A stretch of DNA of 62,414 bases, the filler included. It is 5 parts of 5 records of this genome, joined end to end, with 100 filler letters (N's around TTAATTAATTAA, not from the genome) between each part and the next. Parts side by side here need not be neighbours in the genome. Positions count along the whole stretch, not along the records: positions 32,786 to 49,803 come from DRR723986_7756; positions 49,904 to 56,377 come from DRR723986_7788; 3 more parts are not named here. One strand, written 5' to 3'. A model generated the notes under the pieces. It did no database searches. It was not told the DNA's origin and was given only the letters and a program-made list of their open reading frames with translations. The position numbers and the translations under genes are program-made. This document shows, one piece after another, positions 41,137 through 50,807 of the stretch (position 1 is its first letter; each line of letters starts with the position of its first letter).

Positions 41137-41652
41137 ATGTTTGAAGTCAAAATCAATGAGGACACGATCACGACCGCGCTCAATAAGGCGCTGACCCGGC
41201 AAGATGATCTGTCAGACCTGATGCAAGATCTGGGCGAGCTGATGGTGGTGCGCACCCAAGATCGAATGACACAGGGCAAAGATGCGGACGGTCAACCTTT
41301 CGCGCCGCGTTCAGCATCGACCGAAAAGAGATACAAAAAACTAGGCCTCAAGTTTGGTGTCCCGTTGGATCAATCGGGTGGATTGCGTAAATCAATTGCC
41401 TATGACGCCGCCAAAGATCAGGTCTCTTGGGGCTCGAACCTCATTCAAGCCGCTGTGATGCAGTTCGGAGCCGAGGCCGGGGCATTTGGCGCACGTATTG
41501 GCAAGAACAAGCTGGGGCGTAGCTTTTTCATGCCCATCCCATGGGGTAACATCCCCGCCCGGCCTTATCTGGGGGTTGGAACAGCCGATAGCATGGCCAT
41601 TGTCGAAGAGATTGAAGATTGGCTGGCGGAAGGTTTTGAGGTCAGTGATTGA
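41137..41652 (+). CDS. Mu gpG-like virion morphogenesis protein
   Basis: DGQPFAP, GSNLIQAAVMQFG, IPARPYLG. Confidence 0.88.
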   Translation: MFEVKINEDTITTALNKALTRQDDLSDLMQDLGELMVVRTQDRMTQGKDADGQPFAPRSASTEKRYKKLGLKFGVPLDQSGGLRKSIAYDAAKDQVSWGSNLIQAAVMQFGAEAGAFGARIGKNKLGRSFFMPIPWGNIPARPYLGVGTADSMAIVEEIEDWLAEGFEVSD

Positions 41653-41700
41653 CCTGAAACGCAGATGATTGCACCTTGAGCGCAAGCCCATTCCGGCCAC

Positions 41701-41747
41701 CCCACCGACCCCGGTGGGTGTAACGGAAAATGCCAAGCAGCGATATT
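41701..41747 (+). promoter_or_regulatory. Late promoter 2 (protease/capsid operon)
   Basis: CCCACCG-ACCC-CGGTGGG-TGTAA, then 18 nt, then GATATT, 6 nt before ATG 41754. Confidence 0.75.
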
Positions 41748-41753
41748 CGCTGC

Positions 41754-42854
41754 ATGAATACGCTTCACCAAACCACAGCGCTTTGCGCGCAATCCCTACC
41801 CGCTGACGCGGGCGACGGGGGTGTTCCTGAATGGGTTCACCTGCTGCCCACAAATGGCGGCGGCGTCTACACCAACGACAATCGCGGACCTTACAACGTG
41901 AGCGATGCAAACGCCTTGATCGCGTCGAGCCTTCAAGCCGGTGATCGGCTGCCTATCGATGAAAGCCACGCCACGGATTTGGCCGCGCCCAAAGGTCTCC
42001 CCGCCCCGGCGCGCGGCTGGATTACCGAGCTGCAAGCGCGAGAGGACGGGATCTGGGGTCGTGTCGAATGGACAGAGGAAGGCCGCGAACTGGTGGCTTC
42101 GCGCTCCTATCGCGGCCTGTCTCCGGTGATTTCCCACCCCCGAAAAGGATCAAACGAGATTATCGCAATCCAGCGCGCAAGCCTGGTGAACACGCCCAAT
42201 CTTTTGGGCCTGACAACCCTGCACCAAAAGGAAACCGACATGAATTTCCGCGAAACCCTCGCGAAGCGCTTCGGGCTCGACCCGGAAGCCTCGGAAGAGG
42301 ACGTTCAAAAGGCCATCATTGCCCTGGAAAAGGGCGGCGACAAAGAGACCAGCCTGCAATCGCAGCTTACCGAGATCGGCACCGTTCTGGGCGTGGCACA
42401 AGGCGCTGACGTAGTGGCTGCAGCAAAGGCCGCGAAAGCGGCGCAATCGGGAACAAACGACGATATCGTGACCTCTCTGCAATCCGAGGTCACCACATTG
42501 GCGACCCAAAACGCCGCGCTGACAACCTCGCTGAACGCGATGCAAACGGACCGCGCAACGGAAAAGGCGACGACTTTCATTGACGGTGAAATCGAGCGGG
42601 GCCGGATCATCCCGAAATCTCTGCGCGATCACTTCATCACCCGCCACCAAGCCGACCCCGAAGCCGTTGAAAAGGAAATTCTGGCGATGCCCACGCTCGG
42701 GCCGTCCGGGCTGACTGTCACCCCACCTCCGGCCAAAGACGGCACTGTCACGCTTCATGCGGAACAGAAGACCGCCGCCCGCCTTCTGGGGGTTTCCGTT
42801 GAAGAATACACCAAGACGCTCCAGTCGGAGCAAGGCAATGGGGAGGTCGTTTAA
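41754..42854 (+). CDS. Mu gpI-like prohead protease with nested scaffold
   Basis: PEWVHLLP, LPIDESH, APARGWI, VEWT, YRGLSPV, LVNTPNL; internal SD plus ATG at 42240. Confidence 0.92.
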   Translation: MNTLHQTTALCAQSLPADAGDGGVPEWVHLLPTNGGGVYTNDNRGPYNVSDANALIASSLQAGDRLPIDESHATDLAAPKGLPAPARGWITELQAREDGIWGRVEWTEEGRELVASRSYRGLSPVISHPRKGSNEIIAIQRASLVNTPNLLGLTTLHQKETDMNFRETLAKRFGLDPEASEEDVQKAIIALEKGGDKETSLQSQLTEIGTVLGVAQGADVVAAAKAAKAAQSGTNDDIVTSLQSEVTTLATQNAALTTSLNAMQTDRATEKATTFIDGEIERGRIIPKSLRDHFITRHQADPEAVEKEILAMPTLGPSGLTVTPPPAKDGTVTLHAEQKTAARLLGVSVEEYTKTLQSEQGNGEVV

Positions 42855-43285
42855 TGGTGGCCCTTACGTCAGACCGCAACACCGCCCGCGCCGATGGGGA
42901 TGTCCGCCAAGGCCCAGTGGCCGCTGCCACCCGGATTTTTGCCGGAGCCATTGTTATGCGTGACGCCGCCGGACACATCGTCCAGGGCAAAACCGCCGTT
43001 GGCTTGGTCGGCATCGGGCGTGCGGAAGCCCGCGTTGACAATTCCGCCGGGGCCGCAGGTGACGAAACCGTCCCTTACCGGCCCGGCGTCTATCGCTACG
43101 CCAATTCCGGCGGCGGCGATGAAATCACCAACGCCGAGTGTGGGGCCAAAGTATTTGCCGTGGACGACCACACCGTCGCCAAGACGGACGGCACCGGCAC
43201 CCGCTCCCCTGCTGGCATCGTTGATCACGTGGACGCCGACGGCGTCTGGGTGCGCTTTGACGAAGCCCTGACAAACGCATCTTAA
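42854..43285 (+). CDS. Putative head decoration/cement protein
   Basis: ALTSDRNT, IFAGAIV, VDDHTVAKT, GVWV; lies between the protease and capsid genes. Confidence 0.7.
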   Translation: MVALTSDRNTARADGDVRQGPVAAATRIFAGAIVMRDAAGHIVQGKTAVGLVGIGRAEARVDNSAGAAGDETVPYRPGVYRYANSGGGDEITNAECGAKVFAVDDHTVAKTDGTGTRSPAGIVDHVDADGVWVRFDEALTNAS

Positions 43286-43296
43286 GGAGCCCTCTG

Positions 43297-44196
43297 ATGC
43301 TAGTGAATGCCGCAAACCTCGACAGCCTGCGCGTGGGCTACAAGACCTCGTTCCAAAACGGTTTGGGACAGGTCGAACCGATGCGCGACCGGATCGCCAC
43401 AACAATCCCGGCGACCCAGAAAGAACAAAAATACGGCTGGCTGGGCAAAGTGCCCAACATGCGCAAGTGGATCGGTCCGCGCGCAATCCAGAATATGACA
43501 CAGCACGACTATTCGATCAAAGAAGAGCCTTGGGAGCTGACGATCGGTGTCGACCGCGACGACATCGAAACCGACAATCTCGGTATGTACGGGCCTATGT
43601 TCAATGAAATGGGCATGTCGACCGGCTCGAACAAAGAGCTGCTGGTCTGGAACCTGATCGAACAGGGCTGGACCACGCCGTGTTACGACAAACAGAACTT
43701 TTTCGACACCGACCACCCGGTTCTGGACAAAGACGGCAATATGATCACCGTCGCCAATACCGATGGGGGTGCAGGCGCGCCCTGGTTCCTGATCGATGAC
43801 AGCCGCGCAATCAAGCCTGTCCTCTTGCAGTTGCGCAAGGACGACGAGTTTGTTGCCATGGATGATCTGACCTCCTCGAACGTCTTTAAGAACAAAGAAT
43901 TCGTTTACGGGGTCGATGCGCGTTACAACGCCGGGTTCGGGTTCTGGCAGTTTGCCTGGGGTTCCAAGCAGCCCCTCAATGCGGCGAATTATGCCAACGC
44001 CCGCTCCAGCCTGAGCGGCATGAAAGGCGATCATGGCCGACCGCTTGGCATCCGTCCCAAATTGCTGGTGGTGCCGCCCTCGCTGGAAAGCGCAGGCCGC
44101 AAGATCCTCAATTCTGACAACGCCGCCGGTGGCGAAACCAACGAGTGGAAGGGCACCGCCGAGTTGATGGTCTGCCCTTGGCTCCAAGCCGCTTAA
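43297..44196 (+). CDS. Mu gpT-like major capsid protein
   Basis: YGWLG..P.MRKWIG, DDIETDNLGMY, CYDKQNFFDTDHP, YGVDARYNAGFGFWQ, LVVPPSLE. Confidence 0.95.
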   Translation: MLVNAANLDSLRVGYKTSFQNGLGQVEPMRDRIATTIPATQKEQKYGWLGKVPNMRKWIGPRAIQNMTQHDYSIKEEPWELTIGVDRDDIETDNLGMYGPMFNEMGMSTGSNKELLVWNLIEQGWTTPCYDKQNFFDTDHPVLDKDGNMITVANTDGGAGAPWFLIDDSRAIKPVLLQLRKDDEFVAMDDLTSSNVFKNKEFVYGVDARYNAGFGFWQFAWGSKQPLNAANYANARSSLSGMKGDHGRPLGIRPKLLVVPPSLESAGRKILNSDNAAGGETNEWKGTAELMVCPWLQAA

Positions 44197-44208
44197 GGGG
44201 AAATTGAA

Positions 44209-44484
44209 ATGAGCGAACGCGAAACTCTCAAAGCCCGCGCGATTGAGCTGGGCCTCGACCTGCCCGGCAACATCCCGAACGACAAGCTGAAAGCTGCGGT
44301 GGTAGATGCCGAAGCCGCGCTGACGTCTGGATCGGTGGTGGTTGTTGTCGGCCCCAGCGAAGGGCGCTGGCGGCTCGGGCGTCACTTCACTTCCGAGCCG
44401 GTTGAAATCCCGGCCAGTGAATTGAGCAAAGACGACATGTTGGCCCTCAAAGGTGACGCACGTCTGATCGTCAGCACCCGCTGA
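44209..44484 (+). CDS. Mu gp35/HI1506-like protein
   Basis: GRWRLGRHFT.EP, LKGDARLIV; follows the capsid gene. Confidence 0.7.
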   Translation: MSERETLKARAIELGLDLPGNIPNDKLKAAVVDAEAALTSGSVVVVVGPSEGRWRLGRHFTSEPVEIPASELSKDDMLALKGDARLIVSTR

Positions 44485-44494
44485 TCAGATCCCA

Positions 44495-44526
44495 AAACGG
44501 GGGCGGTTTTAAATTCGCCCCCGTTT
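44495..44526 (+). terminator. Hairpin, likely terminator/attenuator after the capsid cluster
   Basis: AAACGGGGGCG-loop-CGCCCCCGTTT; short U tract. Confidence 0.6.
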
Positions 44527-44554
44527 CAAACCCCCTTCAAATCCGGTTTAAACC

Positions 44555-44983
44555 ATGTCTTATGCCAGCCTTGATGATCTGACAGACGCCTTTGGCGGAC
44601 GTGAATTGATCGCCCTGACGGATCGCGGCGAAGTGGCCACGGGCGCAATTGATATGAGCGTCATCAACGACGCGCTGGCTTCAGCGGATGCGCTGATCGA
44701 TGGCTATGTGAACCGGCGCTACACCCTGCCAATGTCCCCCGTGCCGCCCCTGATCCCGGATCTGGCCGTGGCAATCGCGCTCTACAAGCTGCACCGTTTT
44801 GGCCGCCCCGAGGAGATCAAAGACGACTACAAGTCCGCTTTGGTGTCGTTGCGAGATATTGCAGAGGGCAAAATCAAGCTGCCCGTAGAAGGCAAAGAAC
44901 CCGCTCAAACCAACGCCAACAGCGTGCAGATCACCGACCGCGAACGCCCGCTAGAAGCCAGTAAAATGACGGGGTGGATCTGA
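44555..44983 (+). CDS. Mu gp36-like (DUF1320) head-tail adaptor
   Basis: MSYASLDDL, ELIALTDR, ALIDGYV..RYTLP, IALYKL. Confidence 0.9.
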   Translation: MSYASLDDLTDAFGGRELIALTDRGEVATGAIDMSVINDALASADALIDGYVNRRYTLPMSPVPPLIPDLAVAIALYKLHRFGRPEEIKDDYKSALVSLRDIAEGKIKLPVEGKEPAQTNANSVQITDRERPLEASKMTGWI

Positions 44984-45411
44984 TGATCGACGCCGTCACC
45001 GACCGCCTCAAATCTCATGTCCCGGCCCTGGGCAATCGTGTCGAAGGGGCCGCTGCCCTTTTGGAGCTGGTGAAATCTGGCCGCTACCCACATTCGCTGG
45101 GAGCCTTGGTGATGCCCGCCGGGATACGCGGTGGAACTGCGGATGTTGCAACAGGCATTTATCAGCAAAACACGGTTGAGGCGGTTTCGATCATTCTTGT
45201 GATGCGCGCCACTGACCGCACCGGCATTGAAGCCCTCGAAAATATGAGACCCATCCGCCAAGCGGTTTTAACCGCCATAGCAGGCTGGGCACCCGAGAAC
45301 ACGGTCGGGGTCTTTGAACTGACCGATGGCCGCGTCGCCAGCTTTCTGGACGGTCATCTGATCTACCAGATCAATTTTTCAATCAACGACGAACTGAGGA
45401 TCTCGCCATGA
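44983..45411 (+). CDS. Gp37-like tail terminator
   Basis: Position after gp36; AIAGWAP, YQINF. Confidence 0.7.
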   Translation: MIDAVTDRLKSHVPALGNRVEGAAALLELVKSGRYPHSLGALVMPAGIRGGTADVATGIYQQNTVEAVSIILVMRATDRTGIEALENMRPIRQAVLTAIAGWAPENTVGVFELTDGRVASFLDGHLIYQINFSINDELRISP

Positions 45412-45557
45412 CCCGAGAACTGCCCAGCTCGGGCGGCAGCTACGAGCGCACCAAATCCACCGGCAAGCTGACCCAAAAAGAAGGCACCAAACCCGCCGAG
45501 GTGATCAAGCCAAAGCCTGATGCGCCAGTAAAACCAACCCCTGAAAAGGACGCCTGA
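45408..45557 (+). CDS. Small (49 aa) protein preceding the tail tube (not in ORF track)
   Basis: ATGA overlap with the previous gene; MTRELPSSGGSYERTKSTGKL...; ends 1 nt before the tube start. Confidence 0.6.
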   Translation: MTRELPSSGGSYERTKSTGKLTQKEGTKPAEVIKPKPDAPVKPTPEKDA

Positions 45558-45558
45558 C

Positions 45559-46491
45559 ATGTCGATCTATTTCCGCTCCAAAATCATGCTGGCCAACCTT
45601 GAAGGCGTTTATGGCACCGACGCTGGATTGACCGGCGCGCATGGGGTGTTGGCCAAAGATCTGAGCATCAAGCCGATGGAAGGTCAGGATCTCGACCGGG
45701 ATCTGGAACTGCCATACATGGGCTCGGTCGGGACAATCCCCGAAGGCCTGCACGTCAAAATGAGCTACAAGGTCGAGGCGGTGCCCTCGGGCACGGCGGG
45801 TGTCTCTCCGGCGTGGGGCCGATTGTTGCGCGCCTGTGGCTGCGCCGAAACCATCGTGGCCGATACGTCCGTGACCTACAATCCGGTCACCGACGGGCAC
45901 GAAAGCCTGACCCATTCCATGCAGATCGGGGGCACGCTCTATAAAATGTTGGGCGCGCGGGGCACGGCCAAGATCGCGTGGACCACCCGCAAGATCCCCG
46001 AAATCTCTTTTGAGTTCACCGGGCTTTGGACCAAACCTGCCGAAGACGTGCGCGTGGCCCCCACCAATCTGGGCGAATTCCAAGACCCCAAGGTGGTCAG
46101 CAAGACCAACACGCCGGTGTTCACTCTGGGCGGCGTTGGCCTGCATATGCGCACCTGCGAGCTGGATCTGGGCAATCAGGTCTCGCCCGAATTTCTTGTC
46201 GGTCATGAAGAGGTCGAAATCGAAGACCGCAAGGACATGCTGACAACAACCGTGCGCGCGGTGCCGCTGACGACCTTTGACCCCTACGATCTGGCCCTGA
46301 GTGGCGCAAACGCGCCGCTGGTGCTGACCCACGGCAAGACCGCCGGGCTGATCACCACCCTGAATGCCCCACATGCGCAAATCCAACGCGCCGATGGTCT
46401 GGAAGACGCCAGCGGCAAAGCCGAATGGCCTCTGCGCCTCCTGCCCCGTCCAAACGCTGGCAATGACCAATGGTCCCTGACCCTCACTTAA
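45559..46491 (+). CDS. Tail tube (major tail) protein
   Basis: EGVYGTD, PAWGRLLRACG, GARGT, FEFTGL; upstream of the chaperones and TMP. Confidence 0.82.
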   Translation: MSIYFRSKIMLANLEGVYGTDAGLTGAHGVLAKDLSIKPMEGQDLDRDLELPYMGSVGTIPEGLHVKMSYKVEAVPSGTAGVSPAWGRLLRACGCAETIVADTSVTYNPVTDGHESLTHSMQIGGTLYKMLGARGTAKIAWTTRKIPEISFEFTGLWTKPAEDVRVAPTNLGEFQDPKVVSKTNTPVFTLGGVGLHMRTCELDLGNQVSPEFLVGHEEVEIEDRKDMLTTTVRAVPLTTFDPYDLALSGANAPLVLTHGKTAGLITTLNAPHAQIQRADGLEDASGKAEWPLRLLPRPNAGNDQWSLTLT

Positions 46492-46502
46492 GGATTTGAC
46501 GG

Positions 46503-46835
46503 ATGTTCAAAATCAACCACACCCCCGAGTTCACCCGCACCGTCACTGTCCGCAAACCTGAAGGGGACGGCGTCCGCGAAGATACGTTTCAAGGCACATT
46601 TACCGCCCTTACAGACGAGGCCCTGAGTGAATTCAACACAGCCACGCTTGAGGGCCAAAAAGACCTGCTGCGCCGGGTTACAAATGACCTGAGCGATATT
46701 GTCGAAGATGACGACGAAACGCAGATCCCTTTCACCCCCGCCCTGTTGGAGCAGGTGCTTGCAGATGGCGCGGCGCGCTTAGCACTGCTGGAAACCTACA
46801 CAACCGCTTTGGTGGAATGTCGCCTGGGAAACTGA
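46503..46835 (+). CDS. Tail assembly chaperone (lambda gpG analogue)
   Basis: Lies between tube and TMP; ends in the slippery G GGA AAC TGA. Confidence 0.8.
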   Translation: MFKINHTPEFTRTVTVRKPEGDGVREDTFQGTFTALTDEALSEFNTATLEGQKDLLRRVTNDLSDIVEDDDETQIPFTPALLEQVLADGAARLALLETYTTALVECRLGN

Positions 46836-47185
46836 AATGGGCCGGACGCGCCTGGGCGGACGGCCTGCTTGATGAGGACGGCGAAGCGGACGAGCTGGAT
46901 CAAGACGCCGCTTTCTGGGGCATCGACCCGGCCCGTCTGAAACCCCACGACGCAACCGGCATCTGGCCCGAACACATCCCCGCCGTGATGGCCTTTCTTT
47001 CCGTTCAAAGCCAATGGCGCTGGGTGTCTCCGGGGCCGGGGTTTCTGCTGGCCACTGGCCTTGATTATTCGGGCGTCCGGGTCGGTCTGGAGTGCGAAGG
47101 GATCACGCTCAGCCCCGCCCTTTGGGGCGATCTGCGCGTCATCGAAGCCGGGGCGCGCGAAGCGCTAAACGAGGTCCAAGAATGA
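46826..47185 (+). CDS. -1 frameshift extension of the tail chaperone (gpT analogue, DUF1799-like)
   Basis: -1 frame open from GGGAAAC; IWPEH, QSQWR, GLDYSGV, LRVIEAGA. Confidence 0.8.
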   Translation, partial: GKLKWAGRAWADGLLDEDGEADELDQDAAFWGIDPARLKPHDATGIWPEHIPAVMAFLSVQSQWRWVSPGPGFLLATGLDYSGVRVGLECEGITLSPALWGDLRVIEAGAREALNEVQE

Positions 47186-49803
47186 CAATGCGCGCAAACG
47201 CCCTGATCACCGCCGACGCCTCTCAGGCGAAGACGGAAACGCGCGACTTTAAAAAGGAAGTCGACGCGGCAAAGACGTCCGTTGCGGGCGCGGGTGAAGC
47301 TGCCAACAAAGCCGCGCCCCCGATCAAAGCCGTGGGGGCAAACGCGCAAAAAACGGCCGCGTCGTTCAAGGCAAAGGTGATCCAGAGCGAAGCCGCAGCC
47401 GCCTCCGGGGGCCGTCTGTCTCGCATATTTGGGACTGTTGGATCAGCCGCGCGTGGCGTTTGGTCTCCCATCGCCGGATATGTGCAGCGCTTGCGAGGCA
47501 TTGATGACAGCCAAAAACTGGCCGGTGGCAGCGTCGCCAACCTGACCGCACAATTTAACGATATCGGCGTCATGATGGCTGCCGGGCAAGACCCGATGCA
47601 ACTTGCCATCCAGCAAGGGACGCAGATCACACAAGTGTTTGGCAATCGTGGCGCAGCAAGTGCTGTACGCGCTCTGGGCAGCGCTTTTGTGTCGATGCTC
47701 AGCCCGATCAACCTGATCACCATCGGCTCGATTGCAGCCGGTGCGGCCATGGTCCAGTGGCTCACAAAATCAGAAGAACAGGCCGAAAGCCTTGAAGACA
47801 AGCTGACCGCCACCGCCGATGCGGTAAAAGCCTTTGAAGACAACGCCAACCGCGCAAAAGGCAGCGCCGCAGACCTGCTTAAAGAGTTTGGCACCGCCGG
47901 TCCCGAAGTGCGTCAGGTTTTGAAAGACATGGCCGCCCTGGGCAAGCTTGACGCTTATAAAGCCATCGACAAGACATCAAAGAGCCTGCGCGATTTGGTG
48001 CTCGATCTGTCCATATGGGACGACCGTTCCTCCACCAGCGCATCCATGGATTTTCTCGGTCTGAGTTCTATCAGACGCTCCGCCCGAAGAGCCGGTCTTG
48101 AATTTGCCCGCAATCTGGAATTGCTCAAAAAAAGCAGTGACCCCGCCGAAAAGCTCAAAGCCGCGCTGGATCTGCGCAAGCAATTGCTGGACACCGCCGG
48201 AGGCTTGCAGGGGCTAAACGACAGACAGCGCCCCTTGTTCGATGGGCTGAACGACACCATCCGCAATCTGGTCACGCTCGGGGCCAAAACCAATCAGTTG
48301 GCCCCGGAAATCCAAGCCGCGCGCGCCTATTATGAATCGCGCAAGCGGGGCGAGGAGTATCTCAAGAATTCGCGTAAGCTGGAGATTGCAGAGCTTGCAA
48401 AAATCCATTCGGCCTATGCGCGCTCTCGCACCACCTCAGACGCGGCGGCCTCGACCGGCGCAAAGATGCTGGCCGAATTGCGCGAACAGGCCGCTTTGCA
48501 AGAGGCGATCAACACCTATGGCGAGGACAGCGCCCGCGTGGCTGATCTGCGCGCTGAGGCCGAGCGCAAGGTGTTGGAGGAAAAACTCGCCTCCCTGCCC
48601 ATTTCCGAGGATCTAAAGGACCAGATCCGCGCCGCCCTTGAAAACGCCCAAGCCCTGGCACGTACCGACATGGCCGGGAACCTCAGCGCCGCTGCGGTCG
48701 AGGCGCGCCGGGTGGCGGATGAAATCATCCGTGCTGTAGAGGCTTCAAACCAATTGTCCCTCTCGGGCGCGGCCTCTCTGGAGGACAGCCAATCCCGCCT
48801 CACCTATGCCAACGATCCGGTAAAGCTGGCCGGGGTGCTGGCGCGCGCCAAAATGCGCCGCACCCAAGGTGTGCGTCGGGACGGAGCCGAAGGGGGCGAG
48901 CTGGCGGCGCTCGACGCTGAGGTCGAAGCCTATGGGCGCGTGAATGAGAAAATCGCGGCCAACAACAAAGCCCGCACGGATGCGCTCAAATCCCAACGCG
49001 CGGGTGGGCGCGCCTCTGCCAAAAATGCCCAAGGGGCAGATCGGCTGATTGAACGCCTGCGCCAAGAACTGGCGGTGATGCGCGAACTGGACCCGGTGCA
49101 AAAAGAGTTGGCGCGCAATCGCTCGGTGTTGGACGGAGCCAGCGCAGAGCAACGCCAGACCATCGAAGAGCTGATCAGCGCACGGGTGCGGGAACAAAAA
49201 GCGGCGCAATCCTCCGCTGATCTGATCGGTTTGGTCGGGCAAAGCACCAATTCTGTTTTAGACGCCATGAGCCAGAAAGGCGCAAAGGCGGCGGATATCA
49301 TGCGCGATCTGGCCGTCTCGCTTGTCAAAGCCTATGCGCAAGCCCAGCTTTTGGGCACCGGGCCGCTGGCCGCAGCCCTTGGCACCGCTGGCGGTGGCGG
49401 CTGGATCGGGACTGCGTTTGGGCCACAGGCGGCCCAACAAAGTGTCGCCGCCCTGCCCGGCTACGCTGAAGGCGGCGGCATTCAACTGGGCGGGCGCGCG
49501 GCTGGACTGTTGAACGGCATCGGCGGGCCACGCCAGGACAATATCTTGTTCTGGGGGTCAAACGGCGAGTTCATGCAGCCCGCCGCCACGGTAGATTATT
49601 ATGGCCGCGACTTCATGGAAGCCCTGCGCCAACGCAAACTGCCCCGCTTTGCCAACGGGGGATCTTTGGGACGTCAGGCGGCCACTGCTATGGCTATTTC
49701 TGGCGCGGTCGCTGGATCCGGCGACACCAGCATAGTGTTCAACGACTATTCAAGTGGCGTTGCAATCGAGAAAAAAGAAACCCGCGACGCGGACGGCAAT
49801 CGC
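47182..49803 (+). CDS. Tail tape measure protein (3'-truncated)
   Basis: AQFNDIGV..GQDPMQLAIQQGTQI lambda-type motif, long helical region, SNGEFM...FANGG. Confidence 0.93.
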
Positions 49804-49903
49804 NNNNNNNNNNNNNNNNNNNNNNNNNNNNNNNNNNNNNNNNNNNNTTAATTAATTAANNNNNNNNNNNNNNNNNNNNNNNNNNNNNNNNNNNNNNNNN
49901 NNN
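49804..49903. other. Artificial contig linker
   Basis: N44-TTAATTAATTAA-N44. Confidence 0.98.
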
Positions 49904-50790
49904 ATGGTCAGGATGCGTTCGGAATTGTCGATGAACGAGGATAGCGCATTCAGCGTTGTGGTTTTCCCCGAGCCGGTGCCGCCTGATACGATGATATTCA
50001 GCCGCGTGGCCACAGCCGCCTGCAAATAGGCCGCCATATCGGGGGAAAAGGCACCAAACCGCACCAGATCTTCGATGCCCAGCTTGTCTTTCTTGAATTT
50101 GCGGATCGATACCAGCGCACCATCCACCGCCACTGGGGGCACCATGGCGTTGAAACGCGATCCATCGGCCAGGCGCGCATCGACATAGGGGTTTGATTCA
50201 TCTACCCGCCGGCCCACGGCAGAGACGATTTTATCGATGATCCGGGCCAGGTGTTTGTCGTCTTTGAAGGTGACATCGCTTAGTTCCAGCCGCCCGCCGC
50301 GTTCGATGAAAATGCGCTGGGGGCCGTTGACCAAAATATCGCTGACGGTGTCATCTTTCAGCAGGGTTTCCAGCGGGCCCAGGCCCCTGACCTCGTCATA
50401 AAGCTCTTGAAACAGCGCGGTGCGCTCTTCGCGGGTCAGCGCGATGCCCCGTTCGGCCAGATGTTCGGTGGTGATTGCGCCGATCTCGGCTTTCAAATCG
50501 GCCTCGCTGGCGGTTTCCAGCGCGCCCAGATTCAAGCTTTCCAGAAGCGCGCCGTGCATATCCAGCTTGATCTCGGCCATCCGCTCTTTGCGTTTACGGT
50601 CTTTGTCCAGGCTGGCCACCGTGGCGGGGCTGCGCGCGGCCACCACTGGCATTGTGGGCGCCGGGGTGGCGGGGCGGGGGGCCGCGGGTGCCGGCGCTGC
50701 AGCTGCGGGCGCTATGGCGGCGGCCGCGGCCGGGGCCGGCTGGGCGGGGCTGGCGGCGGAGGCTGGCGTTTTCTTATAGCGTGCGAACAT
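49904..50790 (-). CDS. cpaF: Tad pilus ATPase CpaF/TadA (3'-truncated)
   Basis: GLGPLETLL, GRRVDESNPYVDARL, SIRKF, GGTGSGKTT. Confidence 0.95.
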
Positions 50791-50807
50791 TTGGGGCCTC
50801 TTTATTA

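Larger units (their letters stand above)
32786..49803 (+). mobile_element. Mu-like transposable (pro)phage late region with a siphovirus-type tail, incomplete at both ends
   Basis: Mu gene order: gemA, mor, lysis, gp25-27, terminase, portal, MuF, gpG, protease I, capsid T, gp36, then tube, chaperones and TMP; no sheath gene. Confidence 0.95.
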
